Part shown: positions 20,196 through 25,490 of the stretch, one piece after another
How positions within the stretch are numbered: the stretch's first letter is position 1
Layout: every line of letters starts with the position of its first letter
DNA from: Octopus sinensis
Lineage: Eukaryota
Length of the DNA stretch: 25,490 nucleotides
Assembly: GCF_006345805.1 (NCBI RefSeq)
Contig: NW_021836232.1
Coordinates: 1 to 25,490 of the forward strand
Direction: 5' to 3'
Notes under the pieces: model-generated
The model's database searches: none
Told to the model about the DNA's origin: nothing
What the model saw: only the letters and a program-made list of their open reading frames with translations
Made by a program: the position numbers and the translations under genes

Positions 20196-20424
20196 TGGAG
20201 ACTGATTTCTTTGGCAATATTTTTCGTTTGTTTTGCCTAATCAGTTGGGGACACATTTTCTGCGGGTACTGGTTCATGTAGATGCATTTCTCGAAGATAT
20301 ATTTTTGCATTTTTTCAACACTGAATGCAACTTTTTCCTATCTTCATTTTTTCAGAACCGGCTTTAACATCCGGTCATTTGCATGATGCAAATAGACAGA
20401 AAGTCCCACGGTGGCAATTTTCAG

Positions 20425-21020
20425 TGAGAGATGAGCTTGTATTGATCTACGACTGCTTTCTTTTCTTGGGAGGTATATTCGGTCTATGTCTGCCTTTGGG
20501 CGAGGAATACGATGCCTTGTCATCAGCTTTAAGATTTTTTGATATCAAAATTGTTGATCTCAGAGAGGGACCAGTTTATAACATTGAATCTGTAAGTGAT
20601 TATAGACATGGCTAGCGGGTTTATGGCCTCGTTTTGTTTTTGGCATTCAGCTCAATTTTCAGAATAGTTCTTACTCACCGATAGTACTCTTGCCTTATCT
20701 TTACTCGCATTAGTGAATGTTAAATACTATCTCCTTCACATACCTTTAGATACTTATAACTGCCCTCAGGTTCTGTTTCTTTTATCTCGATGTGTCTTTC
20801 TAGAATGATCAAGCATATGTTTGATTGTTTTCCTTTGGTAAATGTGACCACTGAGCATTTGTCGAGCCCAAATTCCATTTTGGTGTAATCACTAAATTGT
20901 TTGACTGTGTGAAGGAGTGCCGACAGACGTTGATAATATATTTTTCTTGAGCAAACAGTCTCAAGTTATCCATAAAGAGTAGACGACTGATTGTTTTCCT
21001 CATACACGCTGTATCCATAA
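20425..21020 (-). pseudogene. Decayed RT catalytic/thumb region of an R4/Dong-like RLE LINE
   Basis: ISRLLFMDNLRLFA (HLLYMDDLKL motif), MEFGLDKCSVVTFTKGK, YKYL, ELNAKNK and PKADIDRIYLPRKE in shifting frames. Confidence 0.8.
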
Positions 21021-21237
21021 TTTGTTTCTTTCAGGATTTTGTTTGAGAGGAAAACAATGCTAAACAGAATAACAAAGGAGCTAACGAGTCTCCTTGAAAA
21101 TTTCCACAATAAATATTGACTTCTAAGTTTATAGTCGTTGGGTCCGTGTTTAGAATTAATGCCATATTATCATTATTCAATGTGTTAAATCGACGGCCAT
21201 TATACAGATTGCTAGCTGAACGTGAGTGTATGTGTGT

Positions 21238-21279
<42 letters not shown>

Positions 21280-21503
21280 CGTGCATGCTTGTATGGGGAG
21301 AGAGAGAGAGAGACAGAGACAGACAGACAGACAGGCAGACAGAGACAGAGGGTGCAGATAAAATTGCGTTCAATGACGTAATGTAATAGACATATACAAT
21401 AATTGCACACTAAAAGTTGTACCACTAAAACTCCGACATTAAACTGCGACTATATATTTAGTATACATACATATATATATATATATATGTATATATATTT
21501 AGT

Positions 21504-21539
<36 letters not shown>

Positions 21540-21554
21540 GGATATATATTTAGT

Positions 21555-21587
<33 letters not shown>

Positions 21588-21616
21588 TATATGTATATAG
21601 CTACATATACATATAT

Positions 21617-21836
21617 ATTCTTTCATTCTTTTATTTATTTCAGTCATTTGGCTGCGGCCATACTGAAGCACGGCCTTTAGTCGAACAAATCGACCCCAGC
21701 ACTTATTCTTTGTAAGCCTAGTACTTATTCTGTCGGTTTCTTTTGCCGAAACGCTAAGTTAATGGGACGTAAACACACCAGCATCGGTTGTCAAGTGATG
21801 ATGGGGGGGGGGACAAACACAGACACACAAATACAT

Positions 21837-21892
<56 letters not shown>

Positions 21893-21895
21893 GAT

Positions 21896-21927
<32 letters not shown>

Positions 21928-22066
21928 CGATGGGCTTCTTTCAGTTTCCATCTACCAAATCCACTCACAATGCTTTGGTCGGCCCGAGGCTGGTGCCACG
22001 CAGTAGAACAGAACCTGGAAGTGAGGTTGGAAAGCAAGCTTCTTACCACACAGCCACTCCTGCGCC
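21617..22066 (-). mobile_element. SINE family A with central (TAGA)n and an internal deletion of about 23 bp
   Basis: Reverse complement has the head (...CTCCTGCGCC at 22057-22066) and the tail; junction CCCGAGGC|TGGTGCC lacks the AGAAGACACTTGCCCAA segment. Confidence 0.85.
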
Positions 22067-22120
22067 TGTATATATGTATATATGTGTGTGTGTGTATGTG
22101 TGTAATTGTTTACTCTTACC

Positions 22121-22441
22121 CTTTTACTTGTTTCAGTCATGTGACTGTGGCCATGCTGGAGCACCGCTTTGAGTCGATCAAATCGACCCAAGGACTTATT
22201 CTTTGTAAGCCTAGTACTTATTTTATCGGTTTCTTTTTTGCCGAACCTCTAAGTTACGTGGACGTAAACACACCAGCATCGGTTGTCAAGCGATGTTGGG
22301 GGGACAAACACAGACACACAAACACGCACACACATACACACATATATACATATATACGACAGGCTTCTTTCAGTTTCCGTCTACCAAATCCACTCACAAG
22401 GCTTTGGTCGGCCCGAGGCTAAAGTAGAAGACACTTACCCA
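22121..22441 (-). mobile_element. SINE family A lacking its tRNA head
   Basis: Tail through ...GTAGAAGACACTTACCCA, then an abrupt switch to the hammerhead element. Confidence 0.88.
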
Positions 22442-22507
22442 CTTACACTCTAGGAGGGACTCTTAAAGTCATAACTACCAAATATAAACATATTTATGAT
22501 ATATTTT

Positions 22508-22584
22508 GGATTCGCTTCACTGAAGAGCAAGGGACGCGTATATCGCGTTAATTGCGAAATCACAGGTGATATGGAGCTAAATTC
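22508..22584 (+). ncRNA. Type I hammerhead ribozyme, copy 1
   Basis: Stem I GCUUCA(22514-19)/UGGAGC(22572-77); core CUGAAGA (22520-26); stem II GCAA/UUGC plus GACGCG/CGCGUU; GAAA (22556-59); stem III AUCA/UGAU; predicted cleavage after AUA at 22571. Confidence 0.85.
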
Positions 22585-22982
22585 TGATTTTAAATGACTC
22601 GCTTTGAGAATTGCATTCGGTACAATTTGTTTATATTTGGTAGTTATGACTTTAAGAGTCCCTTCTAGCGTGTGGCATTTATGTGTAATAATGCCCTCTA
22701 TACAATATAAATAAATATTTTCAAAGAAAGAAATTTACAGTTTTTTTTTCTCTTATGAGGTTTTTCACGCTAACTACTTGATAATTTCTTGTTAAGATTC
22801 CTTATTAAGATTTTATCCTATTTTTTAAATTTGTTCCGAAAAAGCACGTTGTCTCCCGAAATGCAATTCAAAAGAGCCCGCCATTTACATAAATGTATGA
22901 TGGGTAAACACTTCCATATACTACGATGACGGCGACGGTTGTCCACCTGATATGATGCTTTTGTTTATTTATGATATATTTT

Positions 22983-23059
22983 GGATTCGCCTCACTGAAG
23001 AGCAAGGAACGCGTATATCGCGTTAATTGCGAAATCACAGGTGATATGGAGCTAAATTC
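22983..23059 (+). ncRNA. Type I hammerhead ribozyme, copy 2
   Basis: Same fold: core CUGAAGA (22995-23001), stem II with perfect AACGCG/CGCGUU, GAAA (23031-34), predicted cleavage after 23046. One C-A mismatch in stem I. Confidence 0.82.
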
Positions 23060-23175
23060 TGTTTTTAAATGACTCGCTTTGAGAATTGCATTCGGTACAA
23101 TTTGTTTACATTTGGTAGTTATGACTTTAAGAGTCCCTCCTAGCGTGTGGCATTTATGTGTAATAATGTCCTCTA

Positions 23176-23209
<34 letters not shown>

Positions 23210-23215
<6 letters not shown>

Positions 23216-23516
23216 ATAAGATCGTTATTTTAAATAGCGATCAAATCTGGTGGCAGCGTGGGAAGAAAAACCTTACAGGTTATAATAATTATTCAAATTA
23301 TAAACAAGGGTATCTAAGAGATACCACCATGCTTGAAAAAGCAGTCACAACCTGACTCCAAAACCACATCAAGTATTCGATACATTACAAAGTGGAAAAG
23401 ACAAAGGACAAATAAACTAGCAAAAATCGGATACTTGCAAACCCTGGCTTTCTGACTTTTTATAAAAATATGCTCTGCCGTTGACAATGAAATATACCAT
23501 GAATTGTACATAAATA

Positions 23517-23547
<31 letters not shown>

Positions 23548-23884
23548 AGAAATACGAATACCCACGTATACGCACACGTACATTCATATATATGCATGTA
23601 TATACGACCACCAGTTCAGTTGACCATCCAGACGTCATGTGCTTTATTGCCAAAATACCACCGCACTGAATGTAATGTTTATAATATAATGTTTATAATA
23701 AAATGTTTATAATATAAAGTTTATAATATAATGTTTATGATAAAATGTTTATGATATAATGTTTATAACCACCGCAGTGAATATAGTGTTTATACAATAA
23801 TTATTATTGTAACGTATAAGGTATTTTTCTTCCCATAGTGCCACTAGATTTGATCGCTATTTAAAATAGCGATCTCATCCTTAT
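23210..23884. mobile_element. MITE-like element with 70-85-bp imperfect TIRs, TA-rich flanks
   Basis: ATAAGGATAAGATCGTTATTTTAAATAGCGATCAAATCTGGTGGCA...GGGAAGAAAAA at left; its reverse-complement counterpart at about 23817-23884. Confidence 0.75.
23673..23768. repeat. 14-bp minisatellite TAATGTTTATAATA, about 6.9 copies
   Basis: Units start at 23673, 23687, 23701, 23715, 23729, 23743 and 23757; bracketed by the direct repeat ACCACCGCA(C/G)TGAAT. Confidence 0.9.
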
Positions 23885-23926
23885 TTATATAGATATTTTA
23901 TATATATTCACTTCGGTCATTATGTA

Positions 23927-24050
23927 CATGGGCTACTGCTGGTCTTCCATAAACAACCTTGCCTGGACTTGTGCCTCGCAGGGGAACTTTCTAGGTGTAA
24001 TCCCATGGTCAGTCATAACCGAAGGAAGTCACCCTTTTTCACCCTATAAT
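23927..24050 (+). mobile_element. SINE family C, 3' half
   Basis: CATGGGCTACTGCTGGTCTTCCATAAACAACCTTG...GGACTTGTGCCT...TCTAGGTGTAATCCCATGGTCA matches about 19285-19393. Confidence 0.8.
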
Positions 24051-24191
24051 GTATAAGTAAGAATCTAAGTTAGGCAAATCAAGTTCACATTTATATTTAT
24101 TCGGACCTAGACCCAGCATTTATGAATTTCTCCGAAAGAATATTCAATATATATCAAGCATTTAAAAAATATAGAGTAATCAATGCATTAA

Positions 24192-24772
24192 AAATTAAGT
24201 ACTAGTTGCGTTCTGGGGACGATCTAATCGACTGGCCGCCTCTCCCAAAATTTCGGGCCTTGTGCCTAGAGTAGAAAAGACTCAGTATTCCGCCGAGTTC
24301 GACTTTGCCTTTCATCCTTTCGGGGTCAATAAATTAAGTACCAGTTGCGTACTGGGGTTGATCTAATCGACTTGACACCCCCCCGCCAAAAAAAAATTTG
24401 GGGCCTTGTGCCTAGAGCAGAAAAGAAAAGAATATATCAAACACATTAAAAATATACATATAAAAATATAGAAATATATTTCTATATATTTCTATATTTT
24501 TATATGTATATTTTTAATGTGTTTGATATATTCTTTTCTTTTCTGCTCTAGGCACAAGGCCCCAAATTTTTTTTTGGCGGGGGGGTGTCAAGTCGATTAG
24601 ATCAACCCCAGTACGCAACTGGTACTTAATTTATTGACCCCGAAAGGATGAAAGGCAAAGTCGAACTCGGCGGAATACTGAGTCTTTTCTACTCTAGGCA
24701 CAAGGCCCGAAATTTTGGGAGAGGCGGCCAGTCGATTAGATCGTCCCCAAGAACGCAACTAGTACTTAATTT
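24192..24772. repeat. Near-perfect 581-bp palindrome (288/289-bp arms, 4-nt spacer)
   Basis: Arms 24192-24479 and 24484-24772; only one 1-bp indel found by eye; homopolymer lengths (C7, A9) match. Confidence 0.9.
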
Positions 24773-24897
24773 ATGGACCCTGAAAGGATGAAATGCAAAG
24801 TCGACCTCGGCGGAATTTGAACTCAAAACCTACAGACAGACGAAATACTGCTAAGCATTCCGTCCGGCGTGCTAACGTTTCTGCCAGCTTGCCGCCT
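24533..24897 (-). mobile_element. SINE family B with tandemly duplicated body/tail and 18-bp TSD
   Basis: Head ends at ...GCCGCCT (24897); body and tail occur twice; TSD TAAT(G/A)TGTTTGATATATT at 24515-24532 and 24898-24915. Confidence 0.85.
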
Positions 24898-24978
24898 TAA
24901 TATGTTTGATATATTGAATATGGCTTTCGGAGAAATTCATACAAGCTGGATCTAGGGCTGAATAAATATAAATATATA

Positions 24979-25393
24979 GGCGCAGGTGTGACTGTGTGGT
25001 AAGTAGCTTGCTTACCAACCACATGGTTCCTGGTTCAGTCCCACTGCGTAGCACCTTGGGCAAGTGTCTTCTACTATAGCCTCGGGTCGACCAAAGCCTT
25101 GTGAGTGGATTTGGTAGACGGAAACTGAAAGAAGCCCGTCGTATATATGTATATATATATATATGTATGTGTGTGTGTAAATGTTTGTGTGTCTGTGTTT
25201 GTCCCCCCAACATCGCTTGACAACCGATGCTGGTGTGTTTACGTACCCGTAACTTAGCGGTTCGGCAAAAGAGACCGATAGGATAAGTTCTAGGCTAACA
25301 AAGAATAAGTCCTAGGGTCGATTTGCTCGACTAAAGGTGGTGCTCCAGTGTGGCCACAGTCAAAAGACTGAGACAAGTAAAAGAATAAAAGAG
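24979..25393 (+). mobile_element. SINE family A, full length
   Basis: GGCGCAGGTGTGACTGTGTGG, TGGTTCAGTCCC, CCTTGGGCAAGT, central TA/TG tract, tail GGCCACAGTCAAAAGACTGAGAC. Confidence 0.92.
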
Positions 25394-25490
25394 TATATAT
25401 GTGAAACAGATCTGCCAAACCAGATTCTTACTTCTACATTATTCTGACGCCTCGGGTTGAAAATCCTTAGCACTTCAAAGTTAGTTAGTT

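Larger units (their letters stand above)
22445..23178 (+). mobile_element. Non-coding hammerhead-bearing element (retrozyme-like / non-autonomous Penelope-like)
   Basis: 213-bp direct repeats at 22491-22703 and 22966-23178 (offset 475), each with a hammerhead. A 46-bp inverted fragment of the repeat sits at 22445-22490. Ends at (TA)n. Confidence 0.8.
24089..24973. repeat. Older diverged inverted repeat (24089-24162 vs 24901-24973) enclosing the palindrome
   Basis: ATTTATATTTATTC..CCTAGA.CCAGC...TATGAATTTCTCCGAAAG..TATTCAATAT aligns with the reverse complement of 24901-24973. Confidence 0.75.

Overview
AT-rich, microsatellite-dense eukaryotic DNA with no recognisable host gene exon. The repeat content resembles that of octopus/coleoid cephalopods (inference from recalled SINE families, not a database search). 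Nearly everything is transposon-derived. It holds four tRNA-headed SINE families (called A-D here), a 5'-truncated CR1-group LINE (RT fragment, one nonsense codon, intact 3' tail) and three R4/Dong-like RLE-LINE fragments. There is also a decayed Penelope-like GIY-YIG ORF split by a SINE, two decayed Tc1/mariner transposases and several inverted-repeat (MITE/foldback) elements. The most notable item is a 734-bp non-coding element (22445-23178) carrying two direct-repeat copies of a complete type I hammerhead ribozyme 475 nt apart (retrozyme / non-autonomous Penelope-like architecture). Other highlights: a LINE and SINE family A share a 39-nt 3' tail whose hairpin shows compensatory changes; a tandem pair of 425-bp palindromes has its central spacer flipped between copies; and there is a near-perfect 581-bp palindrome built from SINE pieces. 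Most entries in the supplied ORF track are translations of microsatellites or SINEs. Coordinates were counted by hand, so diffuse boundaries may be off by several bases.
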